DNA of 64,000 bases from an uncultured Gemmatimonadota bacterium (GCA_951812955.1 OX638340.1:2016001-2080000); one strand, 5' to 3'. Shown: positions 9,577 through 19,229, counted from the stretch's first letter. Notes: generated by a model from the sequence alone, not told the origin. Made by a program: numbers and translations.

Positions 9577-11127
9577 TCAAGGTGATTCAAGCCGGAAATC
9601 CAGACTGGCCTGCAGGGAAGGTACATCCCTGTCCAGGCCATCTTCATCCTTCGAGACCGACTGGCCATCTCCGACGGGCTGAAGATCGATATGGACCCTG
9701 ACCTGGCGGTCCTCGATACTGAACGAGGAATAGGACAGGTCCTGAGGGAGGATTTTCAATCGGCAGTCGAAGATCCGGTTTTCGGTAATTTCGGAGAGTT
9801 CAATCGTGGGCGAAGTCACTACCCGCACGATCTGGTCAATTTCCATTTCCCGGCCGGTTATGGGTACCGAGGGCGGATCAACGGTGACCCGCACGATTTC
9901 CAGGCCCTCCGGCAATTTGCCCGCCAGTTCGTGATCGATCATGATCCGTCTGTTCACGATTCGATCGGACCTGATGGTGAGGCTTCTCGGATCGATCGAG
10001 GTGGCGTCGACCCCGAAAGGCAATTCTACATTTGCTTCCGTGAGCGGCATGGTGTGGGTCCCGGGTTCAATATCGTCCAGATCGACCATGACGCGTACTT
10101 GGTCCGACGTCAGGGTTGAAATACTGCCCTGTGGGCCCCGAACCCTTACGTTCACCTCGCTGGTCGAATTGCTGATCAACTCGATATTGGTCGGAATGTT
10201 CTGAAATTCCAACGCGGCTGTTATGGCTATTTCGGAGGTGTGCTGGCCGATCAGGGTGAACCACAACAGGCAGGAAACCCCGATCGAGGCCAATTTGGCG
10301 GTGAGGCTGCTGCGATTGAGCCGGAATCCCGACCGGAGCGCGAAGATCTTCGCCATGGCCTCCCTCAGCGACGGCCTGCTTCGTGGTATCTCGATCGGCA
10401 GCAACGATTTCTCCAGCGTCTGCCAGAGTTTTTCGCGGTCGGCCACGGCGGTGATATCACCGTTGGACGCCACGGAAACCTCGCCGCTCTCTTCGGACAC
10501 CACCACGCAAAATGTATCGCCGAGTTCTGAAACCCCCAGTGCCGCCCGGTGCCGCGTGCCGTACCGGGGCGGGAGATGGTCCCTGGACGAAAGCGGCAGG
10601 TAGGTGCCGGCTTCGACCACACGGTCCTTCTTCACGATAATCGCGCCATCGTGTATTGGCGAGGCGGGATGAAAGATGCTGACGATCAGTTCCTGGCTTA
10701 CGAGACTGTCGAGTTTGATGCCGTGCTGCACGGCGCCGGTAATCCCGGTCGCCCTGGGGAAGACCAGCAGGCCGCCGATGCGCTTCTCGGACAGTTCGAA
10801 ACAGGCCTCGGTGATCTCCTTCAGAATGCGACGGGAGACCGGGTTGTTCTTGAACCTGAAGATTACCAGGGGACTCACTCTCTCCAGCAGTTGCCTGATC
10901 TCAGGCTGGAAGACCACGATGATCAGTAGGAGAATAACACCGAGGAGGTACTGCAGAATCTGGGTGGTAAGGAGGAGTCCGCTCCAGTTCGCGATACTGT
11001 AGAGGATACCCAGACCGCCGAGACCGATCAGGATATGATAGGCCCGCGTGCCCTCCAGCCACATGTAAAGGCTGTAGATCAACGCCGCTATGATGAAAAT
11101 ATCCAGCAGGTTGACTAGATCAAACAT
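9577..11127 (-). CDS. cdaA: Diadenylate cyclase CdaA fused to CdaR/YbbR-like regulatory domains
   Basis: Three N-terminal TM helices followed by a DisA_N domain (HDGAIIV...GTRHRAALGVSE). This is followed by about 250 aa of YbbR-like repeats in the same polypeptide (516 aa total). Confidence 0.8.
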   Translation of the reverse strand: MFDLVNLLDIFIIAALIYSLYMWLEGTRAYHILIGLGGLGILYSIANWSGLLLTTQILQYLLGVILLLIIVVFQPEIRQLLERVSPLVIFRFKNNPVSRRILKEITEACFELSEKRIGGLLVFPRATGITGAVQHGIKLDSLVSQELIVSIFHPASPIHDGAIIVKKDRVVEAGTYLPLSSRDHLPPRYGTRHRAALGVSELGDTFCVVVSEESGEVSVASNGDITAVADREKLWQTLEKSLLPIEIPRSRPSLREAMAKIFALRSGFRLNRSSLTAKLASIGVSCLLWFTLIGQHTSEIAITAALEFQNIPTNIELISNSTSEVNVRVRGPQGSISTLTSDQVRVMVDLDDIEPGTHTMPLTEANVELPFGVDATSIDPRSLTIRSDRIVNRRIMIDHELAGKLPEGLEIVRVTVDPPSVPITGREMEIDQIVRVVTSPTIELSEITENRIFDCRLKILPQDLSYSSFSIEDRQVRVHIDLQPVGDGQSVSKDEDGLDRDVPSLQASLDFRLESP

Positions 11128-11252
11128 CGGTGTGGATTCCCCGGGCGTGGATTATGTTTTGCCATACTGAGGTTGACAGGATTTCACGCATATGAAAGAT
11201 AAGTCAAAATGGGACGCTTGCCAATAACAACGATTCCCGGACCGGATCGCCG

Positions 11253-12038
11253 TCAAACAGCCTGCCCGCTCCGGGATGGGGGCACTGTACGTTCGCTCCG
11301 GGATGGGGATGCCGCCCGATCGTCGCGGGATGCAGTTGCCGCACGGTCGCTCCGGGATGGGGGCGCCGCACGGTCGCCGGTCCGCAGCGGAGGCAGGGTC
11401 AGGACGTTGCTGAAGGCCGTTCCGCCCGAAACGACGAATTCCAGGGCTTCCTCCACGGGCAGGTCCACGGGTATCACGTCCCGCCGAGGCACGATCACGA
11501 CGCGGCCGGCCGCGGGATTGGGTGTGTTGGGAACGAAGACGCTGACCATATTCTCGCGATCGTCCTCACTGGGGATCTCCCCGGCTATGAAAGCGATCAT
11601 CCACGCCCCGCGGCGCGGGTACTCCACCAACACCGTCTTCCATGTGCGGGTCTCACCCACCTTCGCGAAGGAGTCCAGCAGTTTCTTTACCGGGTGGTAG
11701 ACTCTTCGTGCGACGGGCAGCCGCATCATCTGGTCCTCGAACCAGGAAATCAACCTGCTGCCCAGAACGTTCGACGCTACGAAGCCGGCCAGGTAGATCA
11801 CGACCAGCATGAGCAGAATTCCCAGTCCCGGTATGCGGGTATCCAGGTCCAGCAGTCCCCGGATGACCGGTTCGGCGAACGAGTCCAGCCAGGTCAGTAG
11901 CCAACTCAGTATGGCGACCGTGGCGGCGAGCGGGATCAGCACGAGCAATCCCGACACCATCGTTCGCTTCACGTTCTGACGGATACGCGCTATCGCCGAA
12001 GGGCGCTTCAAATTGGAATCGAGATGGAAGGTGGACAT
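11253..12038 (-). CDS. DUF502 family membrane protein with repetitive Arg/Ser/Asp-rich C-terminal tail
   Basis: GLLVLIPLAATVAILSWLL motif and overall layout match DUF502. The C-terminal about 40 aa are encoded by the imperfect 27-30 bp tandem repeats. Start taken at the internal Met (MSTFHL); the ORF could extend to 12089. Confidence 0.6.
   Translation of the reverse strand: MSTFHLDSNLKRPSAIARIRQNVKRTMVSGLLVLIPLAATVAILSWLLTWLDSFAEPVIRGLLDLDTRIPGLGILLMLVVIYLAGFVASNVLGSRLISWFEDQMMRLPVARRVYHPVKKLLDSFAKVGETRTWKTVLVEYPRRGAWMIAFIAGEIPSEDDRENMVSVFVPNTPNPAAGRVVIVPRRDVIPVDLPVEEALEFVVSGGTAFSNVLTLPPLRTGDRAAPPSRSDRAATASRDDRAASPSRSERTVPPSRSGQAV
11263..11400. repeat. Imperfect 24-30 bp tandem repeats (CGCTCCGGGATGGGG core) encoding the C-terminal tail of the DUF502 protein
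   Basis: Four consecutive units beginning CGCTCCGGGATGGGG, CGCTCCGGGATGGGGAT, CGCGGGATGCAG, CGCTCCGGGATGGGGG. They translate (minus strand) to RS/DR-rich repeats. Confidence 0.6.
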
Positions 12039-12194
12039 AGGCACATTGCTCGAAAAATCGACAACCCGGGAATACGGTACCGGCCACACGGCCGCATGGA
12101 ATTCCTTGGCGTTCCATCGATCCGGCCAGCCGCATCAGGCTATTGACCGGCTACCCTGGCTACCCTATTTGACGCTGAATCTGCTACGATGGTT

Positions 12195-13895
12195 CTATAC
12201 CTTGAACAGCTGGCCCATCCTCTTGCCAAGTACTTTACCTGTAAATAGCAAACTGCATGCCAACAGGACCATACCCAGCATGCCCATGGCACTCGCCATG
12301 TAGGGACCGTCGGTAATGCGGCCCATCAGGCTGTATATAGCCTTGGTGATGGGATAATACGGTTCCTTGATGGCCAGGATCAGGCTGTCGCTCACTTCGA
12401 GCATGGCGAAGGAAAAAGAGAGAATGGCGCCTGCCGCGATATTGGCCAGTACGAGCGGCATGGTGATCTTCCATAGCGTTCTCAAGGGGCCGGCGCCCAT
12501 GTTCATGGAGGCCTCTTCCAGGGTGACGCTCATCTGCTGGAATCCGGCGTAGGCCGCCCGGACCATGTACGGAAGGCGGCGCACGGCGTAGGCGATGATC
12601 AACAGGGGAACGGGGGAAATGCGGACGTCCAGTACGGTTCCCGAAAAACCGGAGATGTAGCCGAATGCGAGTACCAGGCCCGGCAGCGCAAGGGGCAACA
12701 TGGCCACGGCGTCCAGCGTGTCCCGGAACGGAAAACGGCGCCGGGTAAGCAGGTAGGCGATGGCGACGCCGAGGACGATATCGATGGCGGTGCTCATCAC
12801 ACTCAGCCACAGGCTGTTCCTGATGGAGAGCAGCGTCAGGTCGTGCTCGAAGATCTGACCGTAATAGGCCGTGGTATAATCGGAGGGAAGCACAGTCATG
12901 AACCAGCGCTCGGTCACGGAAGTGAGCACCACACTGAGGTGGGGGATCAGCGCGATACCCGTGATGGAGAGCAGCATGCCCCAGATCAGTACGGTCTCGA
13001 AAGAGGTCGCGCGTTTCGAGGCCGACGTCACGTGGCCGCGGGCGACCATTTCGTAGTGACGGCCGCCGAAGAACTTCTTGGACAGGTAGAACAGGGCGAG
13101 GGTGACCAGGACGACGAAGACGACCAGGGCGTATCCCAGCGGATTCCCATGGACATCGGTGGACATGTTGAAGATCTGGACCGCCACCACCTCGCGAAAC
13201 TCGAAGATCAGGGGCGTGCCCAGGTCCGTAAAAGCCCAGATGAACACGATGATCGCGCCGGCGAAGTATCCGGGCAGCATGAGGGGAAACGTGATGGTGC
13301 GAAACAGCCGGAAGCCGCCGGCGCCCACGTTGCGGGCCGACTCCTCCAGGCTCGGGTCCACGTTGGCCAGCCCGGCGGCGATGTTCAGGTACATGATGGG
13401 GTAGAGGTGCAGCGCTTCGAGGATCACCACGCCCCAGAATCCGCCGCCTCCGAACCAGTCGATGGGTGCGTCGATCAAGCCCGATTCGAGCAGGAACAGG
13501 TTGATCGAGCCGAAACGGGCGAACATCTGTTTCATCCCGATGGCGCCCACGAAAGGGGGCATGATCATGGGCACCAGCGCGAGTCCGCCCAGCAACCCCC
13601 TCCCAATGAAATCGTACCTGACCAGCGCGACGGCCATGGGCAGGCTGATGATCGTCGTCAGCGCGGTGGTCACGATACCCAGCTCAAAACTGTTTAGCAG
13701 GGCGCGTTGCTGGACCGGGCTCTGCAACATCAGCCCGAAGAACTCCATGGAGAACTGCTCGTCCGTGTAGAAAGCGTTCATCAGGACGTGCAGGATCGGA
13801 TAGAACAGGAAGAGGCCGAAGAAAAGGACGAGGACGCCCAGAATGGCGATGACGCCGGGAGTGAGGTCCGAGAGATCGAATCGGGTACGGTTCAT
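12195..13895 (-). CDS. ABC transporter permease, fused two-domain type (FbpB/ThiP-like, ~12 TM)
   Basis: 566-aa hydrophobic protein with duplicated permease domains, characteristic of iron(III)/thiamine-type importers. Confidence 0.8.
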   Translation of the reverse strand: MNRTRFDLSDLTPGVIAILGVLVLFFGLFLFYPILHVLMNAFYTDEQFSMEFFGLMLQSPVQQRALLNSFELGIVTTALTTIISLPMAVALVRYDFIGRGLLGGLALVPMIMPPFVGAIGMKQMFARFGSINLFLLESGLIDAPIDWFGGGGFWGVVILEALHLYPIMYLNIAAGLANVDPSLEESARNVGAGGFRLFRTITFPLMLPGYFAGAIIVFIWAFTDLGTPLIFEFREVVAVQIFNMSTDVHGNPLGYALVVFVVLVTLALFYLSKKFFGGRHYEMVARGHVTSASKRATSFETVLIWGMLLSITGIALIPHLSVVLTSVTERWFMTVLPSDYTTAYYGQIFEHDLTLLSIRNSLWLSVMSTAIDIVLGVAIAYLLTRRRFPFRDTLDAVAMLPLALPGLVLAFGYISGFSGTVLDVRISPVPLLIIAYAVRRLPYMVRAAYAGFQQMSVTLEEASMNMGAGPLRTLWKITMPLVLANIAAGAILSFSFAMLEVSDSLILAIKEPYYPITKAIYSLMGRITDGPYMASAMGMLGMVLLACSLLFTGKVLGKRMGQLFKV

Positions 13896-13916
13896 GAGCG
13901 TATGCTTCGCGGCACC

Positions 13917-15002
13917 TTATCCCGGTTTCCCGATCACGACGACCCGGGATGGATCGCATGACAATCGGATCGGCGCACCGGGACCGGCAAGTCGCTGGCC
14001 GGGACGATGGTCAACCAGCTTCACCAGCGTGCCGTCGTCCAACTGGACCGAATACTGCTCGTGGTCTCCAAGATAGACGGTCTGCCGGACGACGCCGGAT
14101 AGCACGTTTTCTTCCTCGCCGCCGGTGGGGTCCGGTCTCGAAACACGGATGGCCTCGGGCCGGATGGAGCAGACCACCTCGTCTCCCGGCGACAGGTCCT
14201 CAGCGGGTTCGATCGTCGAATGGAGTATGCCGACCGGGGTCTCAACGGCCAGTGGCATGTCCAACCGCGTCAACCTTCCGGCCACGAAATTCGTCTCCCC
14301 GATGAAATCCGCCACGAATGCGTTCGCGGGCCGGTCGTAGATCGAACGCGGTTCACCGGTCTGGGCGACGGCCCCCGTATCCATCACGGCCACACGGTCC
14401 GCCATGGAGAGGGCCTCCTTCTGATCGTGGGTCACGTAGATCATCGTCGTGGCGGTCTCATCGTGAATACGCCGGATCTCATCGCGCATTTCCAGGCGAA
14501 GCCGGGCGTCCAGGTTGGACAGCGGCTCGTCCAGCAGCACCACGTCGGGGCGGATCACGAGGGCGCGGGCAAGCGCCACACGCTGCTGCTGGCCGCCGGA
14601 CAGCTGGTTCGGCGACCGCTCCCCGTAGCGTTCCATCCGCACCATCCTCAGCGCTTCGGCGACGCGGTCGTTCTGTTCGGAAGGCGGCACTTTGCGCAGG
14701 ACGAGTCCGTAGGCCACGTTCTCCCGGACGGTCATATGCGGCCAGAGCGCATAATTCTGAAACACCATGCCCGTGTTTCTCCGGTGGGGCGGTCTGCGCG
14801 TCACCTCCTGACCGTCGAACAGGATGCTGCCCGCATCTGGTGCATAGAACCCGGCGATCAGTCTCAGGAGGGTCGTCTTGCCGCAGCCGGATGGGCCCAG
14901 AAGAAAGAACAGTTCACCTCGCGCGATCTCCAGAGATACATCGTCAACCGCCGTCACGTCACCGAATTTCCGGGTGATTCCCTGCAGTGTAAGACTGACC
15001 AT
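13917..15002 (-). CDS. ABC transporter ATP-binding protein with C-terminal TOBE/MOP domain (FbpC/PotA-like)
   Basis: Walker A GPSGCGKTT, signature LSGGQQQRVALARAL, Walker B VVLLDEP, plus a C-terminal about 120-aa TOBE-like extension. Start chosen at MVSLTLQGITRKFG; a GTG 48 nt upstream is also possible. Confidence 0.8.
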   Translation of the reverse strand: MVSLTLQGITRKFGDVTAVDDVSLEIARGELFFLLGPSGCGKTTLLRLIAGFYAPDAGSILFDGQEVTRRPPHRRNTGMVFQNYALWPHMTVRENVAYGLVLRKVPPSEQNDRVAEALRMVRMERYGERSPNQLSGGQQQRVALARALVIRPDVVLLDEPLSNLDARLRLEMRDEIRRIHDETATTMIYVTHDQKEALSMADRVAVMDTGAVAQTGEPRSIYDRPANAFVADFIGETNFVAGRLTRLDMPLAVETPVGILHSTIEPAEDLSPGDEVVCSIRPEAIRVSRPDPTGGEEENVLSGVVRQTVYLGDHEQYSVQLDDGTLVKLVDHRPGQRLAGPGAPIRLSCDPSRVVVIGKPG

Positions 15003-15111
15003 AATTGGTTTCTCAAGATATGAAATTACGTTCAGGGTATGAAAAAACACGCACCCGTCCGCGCTGATGCGACGCGCCGTACGGGACCGTACGAAGGCGG
15101 GGCCATGATCC

Positions 15112-16557
15112 TCAACGGCTTCTCCGCTTCAACCTCCACAGGTATAGTACCATTCCCGCAAGCACCAGCCCGCTGCCTGCAAAAAGCATGTACCTGGCGC
15201 CGACAGATCCAGACCCGCCCGAGGCGTACTTCTCGGCCGCCAGCCGGCTCCACGAGAGCAGGGTCCGGTTTCTGAATCCCTGGTCCCGCCAGCGTTCGCC
15301 CAGGACAAGGGATTCCTCCTCCGTAATGGGCACGGCCCCTAAAGAAGGCAGCAGACGCGCCACGTCTCCCGTCTCAATGGCGCGACGCCACCTTCGTTGC
15401 AGGGCAGCGTGCGCGTCGATGACGAATACGCCGATCATGTCGTCGACAATATGACGCCTCGCGGCGCCTTTCTCGGCATCGTACACGAAGGAAGATTTCC
15501 AGGTAAAAGGATTGAACGTGACCGAGGTATGTGCCGGATCGATGCGCTGGTACAGGTGGGGCAGAACCGTGAACCGGTTCAACTGGAACCTCTCCGGCCC
15601 GCCCGGCGTGCCGGGTTTCTGCATCCACAGGCGCTGGCCTGGCTCGGACAGGACGTAGCGAAGGAACGACTGTGCCACGGTCAGGTTGGGCGCGCCTTTC
15701 AGGATGGAAATACCGTCCGGATTCAGGATCGTTAGATTGTCCGGCATGGTGTAGCCGATCATTTCAGGGCCCACGGCGTTAATCTGTGCCCAGGCGTAGA
15801 AATCAATGGCCATCCCGTAGGCCACTTCGCCGGAAGTCACGTCCTTGGGCACCTGGCTTCCCGAATTCGCGAATCCCCTGGCGTTTGCGCCCAGCGCGGT
15901 GATGATCTGCCAACCCCTTTCCCAGCCGTATACCTGCAAGATGATCTCGAAGGGCACGTGCGCGCTGCCGCTTTTCCTGGGATCTGCCCCGCCGACCCAC
16001 GAGAAGAGCCGGGGATCGGCCAGGTCTTCCCAGGTCTCCGGCAGGGGCAACTCCACGAGTTCCGCCACCCGCTTGTTATACACGATTCCGAATCCGGCCA
16101 TCGTCGCGCCGTACCACCGGTACCCCGCGTCGTATATCGGGTAACCACCCACCTCGGCCGGTATCATCGAGAGCAGGGCATCGGGCATCCTGTACGAAGC
16201 AAGCAGGTCGAGGCGGGCCAGTTCCACGAACGGATCGCTGCCCCCGCCGAACATCATGTCGATACCGATGCCACCCGGTTTTCCGGTAAATTCCGACTTG
16301 ATGAATCGGATGATCTCGGAAGTCCCCCCGACGTCCATCCACTCGATCTCGACCCCGCGGCCGGTGTCCTCCCGGTAATAAGCGTCGAACCCCCGGGTGA
16401 ATTCGTAGCGAATGCCTTCCCAGTGCGGGGAGACGATGACCAGGCGGTCCTGTGCGGAGATATCGGCCGGGCCGCTTGCATGGCAGAAGACGCATGCGAA
16501 GAGGAAATACCGTATGACGTGATGAACGAATGGCCGACGGTTCAACGGATACCTCAA
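15112..16557 (-). CDS. Extracellular solute-binding protein family 1 with C-terminal transmembrane anchor
   Basis: N-terminal signal peptide, SBP-family-1-like body, and a C-terminal hydrophobic helix followed by basic residues (MLFAGSGLVLAGMVLYLWRLKRRSR). First gene of the minus-strand operon with the ATPase and the fused permease. Confidence 0.65.
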   Translation of the reverse strand: MRYPLNRRPFVHHVIRYFLFACVFCHASGPADISAQDRLVIVSPHWEGIRYEFTRGFDAYYREDTGRGVEIEWMDVGGTSEIIRFIKSEFTGKPGGIGIDMMFGGGSDPFVELARLDLLASYRMPDALLSMIPAEVGGYPIYDAGYRWYGATMAGFGIVYNKRVAELVELPLPETWEDLADPRLFSWVGGADPRKSGSAHVPFEIILQVYGWERGWQIITALGANARGFANSGSQVPKDVTSGEVAYGMAIDFYAWAQINAVGPEMIGYTMPDNLTILNPDGISILKGAPNLTVAQSFLRYVLSEPGQRLWMQKPGTPGGPERFQLNRFTVLPHLYQRIDPAHTSVTFNPFTWKSSFVYDAEKGAARRHIVDDMIGVFVIDAHAALQRRWRRAIETGDVARLLPSLGAVPITEEESLVLGERWRDQGFRNRTLLSWSRLAAEKYASGGSGSVGARYMLFAGSGLVLAGMVLYLWRLKRRSR

Positions 16558-16570
16558 GAATTGGAAAACC

Positions 16571-17503
16571 TTACCGCTTTCTCGCCGTCAGGACCAGCAC
16601 TACGGCGACCAGCAACGAAACCGCCAGACCGACGCCCACAACCACCGGTTTGACCGCGTTATTCACCAGGGGTTCGTCGATCCCCAGCAGGACGGAAAGA
16701 ACGAGCACGGGGAGCAGCATGGCGACCAGGAAGGTCAGCCGCCTCGCGGACGCGTCGATTCTCCTGAGTGCTTTCGTCTGGACGGCCGTGGCCCCGTCGT
16801 TCAGCATCTCCCATGAACGTGTGAGCGCGTCGGCCATGTTCCTGAAACGGTAGTACGCGTCCTGGAGCTGGACGATCGTATCCGGCTGCAGGGAGAGTTT
16901 CTCGCCGGCGTAAAGCGAATGAACGATTTCGCACTGCGGTTTGACGAGATGGATCATGTCGATGAGGCGGCGCTGCGTGTCGTATATCCATCGGGCTTCC
17001 ACGTCCTGGTCTGGCGTGATCGTTTCCGCGGTGAGTTCGGATATCAGCGGGTCCTGGCGATCCGCTATCGTCTGCATGATCAGGGCGACCGCGAGATCCG
17101 TAGACCGCATCAACTGGGCATCCTGATGGATCCGGTCCTTGACTTCCTTCAAAAGGGCCAATGGAGTGGAGTGAATGGTAATCAGGTAGTCGGGCGCCAG
17201 AAAGAAACCCAGCTTGACCGGTGGCGCGTCCAGACTCTCCTGCACGTGCAGGACGATGAACAGGTGTCCCGGAAACACCGCCGAATAAGGCCGGGTCGAA
17301 GCCTCCCGGCAAGCCTTCACCGAAAGGGGATGGGCGCCGAACTCCTTGAAGTCGCTCAGGAACGCCGCGTCTTCGTCCGTGATTTGCTCGAGGTCCAGCC
17401 AGAACAAGCCCTTGGACTCTTCCAGGGTTTCCTGGAGGTGGGAGAGAGATACATCATCATAGCGGATGACGTTATTCTGTTCTACGATAAGCAAATCCCG
17501 CAT
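16571..17503 (-). CDS. CorA/MIT-superfamily-like membrane protein (canonical GMN motif absent)
   Basis: About 250-aa soluble N-terminal domain followed by two C-terminal TM helices ending in a basic tail. Start at MRDLL with RBS AAAGGAAATTGAGGGAA. The position of the CorA YGMN motif reads LGID instead. Confidence 0.45.
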   Translation of the reverse strand: MRDLLIVEQNNVIRYDDVSLSHLQETLEESKGLFWLDLEQITDEDAAFLSDFKEFGAHPLSVKACREASTRPYSAVFPGHLFIVLHVQESLDAPPVKLGFFLAPDYLITIHSTPLALLKEVKDRIHQDAQLMRSTDLAVALIMQTIADRQDPLISELTAETITPDQDVEARWIYDTQRRLIDMIHLVKPQCEIVHSLYAGEKLSLQPDTIVQLQDAYYRFRNMADALTRSWEMLNDGATAVQTKALRRIDASARRLTFLVAMLLPVLVLSVLLGIDEPLVNNAVKPVVVGVGLAVSLLVAVVLVLTARKR

Positions 17504-17511
17504 GAGTTCCC

Positions 17512-18936
17512 TCAATTTCCTTTGTTTTTCTTTTCCCAGTAGAAGTAAAAGGGAAAGCCGGCGGCGACGATGGCCAGGCCGATAAGCGTATTGTAGATGA
17601 ACTCCACGTTGGTAAGCAGTGACACCAGGTAGCCGGTGATCACGGCAAGAAACAGCAGGGGAGTAACCGGGTATCCCCAGGCCCTGTAGGGCCGTTCCGC
17701 ATCGGGGCGGGTGAACCGCAACACGATGACCGAGCCGATGGCGATTATCGAAAAGGCGTAGTTCGTGAAGGCCCCGTAGGCAATGATCTGTTCGTAGCTT
17801 GGCGTCAGGGCGAACAGGGCGGCCAGAATGCCCTGGGTAAGGATGGAGACGGCCGGGGTGCGGAACCTGGGATGCACCCGGCTCAGCCGCTCGAAGAACA
17901 GGCCGTCTTTGCTCATGGCGTAGAAAAGGCGCGGCGCTACGAGAATCTGCACATTGACTCCGCCGAAGGTGGAACACATGACGCCTACCGAGATAAACAG
18001 GGCGCCCCAGTCGCCCAGCAGTACCTTCATCACGTCGGCCGCGATCCAGGGCGATGTCTGGACCTGCTCGAAGGGCAGGACGAGCATGTAGACGAAGTTG
18101 GCCGCCATGTAGATCAGGATCACGAACACGATTCCGGCGATGATCGACAGCGGGATATTGCGGCTCGGTTTGCGCATTTCACCCGCGACGTAGCTCGAAA
18201 ACGTCCACCCCTCGTAGGCGAATAGACCGGTGACCATGGCCGCACCGAAAGCGCCCAGCGCGAATCCACCCACGGCTTCCCCTCCGCCTCCGAACAACGG
18301 CGAGAAATGGTCCATGGAACCCTTTTCGGCCATGACCAGGCCCAGCAGGATCAGCCCCCCGAGCGCACCGACCTTGATGAAGGTGAACAGGTTGGTGACT
18401 CGGCCGCCCCAGCGTACGCCGATCACGTTGATGGCCGTCAGCACCAAGACGCACGCGCACGCGATGAGCGCGCGGGCGCCGGTGCTCAATACGATCCCCG
18501 GGACGGCCCCGTCCGCCGTGACTACGTTGACCACGCTGGCGAGGTAGGCTGCAAACACGTTGGCGACGGCGGCGATGGACACCGGCCAGACGATCCAGAA
18601 AGAGGACCAGCCGAAGATGAAGGTGAGCCATCGCCTGCGGTAGGCTTCGCGGATGTAGACGTACTGTCCCCCGGTCCGGGGGAGCATGGCGCCCATTTCA
18701 GCGATACAGAGTCCGCCGCAGAGCGCGAGGATGCCACAGACCAGCCAGACGAGGAGGCTCATGCCCGGCGAGCCCACGTTGGAGGCGATGACGCTCGGCG
18801 CCTGGAAGATGCCGGAACCGATCACTCCGCCCACGATGATGGTCGTGGCTTCGAGCGGTCCCAGCCCGCGAACCAGTCCTTCGTCCCCGGCATCGGATAT
18901 GGGAGAAGCGGCAGATTTTGCTTCCGGTTCAGCCAA
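17512..18936 (-). CDS. APC-family amino acid permease
   Basis: 474 aa, about 12 TM helices, with the typical amino acid/polyamine/organocation transporter layout. Confidence 0.75.
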   Translation of the reverse strand: MAEPEAKSAASPISDAGDEGLVRGLGPLEATTIIVGGVIGSGIFQAPSVIASNVGSPGMSLLVWLVCGILALCGGLCIAEMGAMLPRTGGQYVYIREAYRRRWLTFIFGWSSFWIVWPVSIAAVANVFAAYLASVVNVVTADGAVPGIVLSTGARALIACACVLVLTAINVIGVRWGGRVTNLFTFIKVGALGGLILLGLVMAEKGSMDHFSPLFGGGGEAVGGFALGAFGAAMVTGLFAYEGWTFSSYVAGEMRKPSRNIPLSIIAGIVFVILIYMAANFVYMLVLPFEQVQTSPWIAADVMKVLLGDWGALFISVGVMCSTFGGVNVQILVAPRLFYAMSKDGLFFERLSRVHPRFRTPAVSILTQGILAALFALTPSYEQIIAYGAFTNYAFSIIAIGSVIVLRFTRPDAERPYRAWGYPVTPLLFLAVITGYLVSLLTNVEFIYNTLIGLAIVAAGFPFYFYWEKKNKGN

Positions 18937-19049
18937 GCCTCACCTCGACGGAAATGCTTGTAAATTCAAGCAGAAACATGAATAATATAACGGCATACAC
19001 AGGTCAACAACAATCACATTTGAACCGACTGGGAATCCGCGTTAAGGCC

Positions 19050-19078
19050 TTGACAGGATACCGTCCTGGTTCTATATT
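19050..19078 (+). promoter_or_regulatory. Sigma70-type promoter for tRNA(CAT): TTGACA, 17-nt spacer, TATATT
   Basis: Consensus -35 TTGACA (19050-19055), 17-nt spacer, -10 TATATT (19073-19078), about 16 nt upstream of the tRNA 5' end. Confidence 0.6.
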
Positions 19079-19094
19079 GGGTTGTTCGATTCGA

Positions 19095-19168
19095 GGCGGC
19101 GTAGCTCAGTTGGTCAGAGCATCGGAATCATAATCCGAGTGTCCGGGGTTCGAATCCCTGCGCCGCTA
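19095..19168 (+). tRNA. tRNA with anticodon CAT (Met, or Ile2 read via lysidine)
   Basis: Cloverleaf folds by hand: acceptor GGCGGCG/CGCCGCT (G1-U72), D-arm GCTC/GAGC, anticodon stem TCGGA/TCCGA, loop ATCATAA, T-arm CGGGG TTCGAAT CCCTG. CCA is not encoded. Confidence 0.85.
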
Positions 19169-19174
19169 TTTTTC

Positions 19175-19208
19175 ATGGCCTTTCTACATTCGGAAGGCCA
19201 TTTTCGTT
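19175..19208 (+). terminator. Rho-independent terminator after tRNA(CAT)
   Basis: 8-bp stem ATGGCCTT/AAGGCCAT with an 11-nt loop, followed by TTTTCGTT. Confidence 0.55.
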
Positions 19209-19229
19209 ATGATTCCAGTTTGATTCCCC

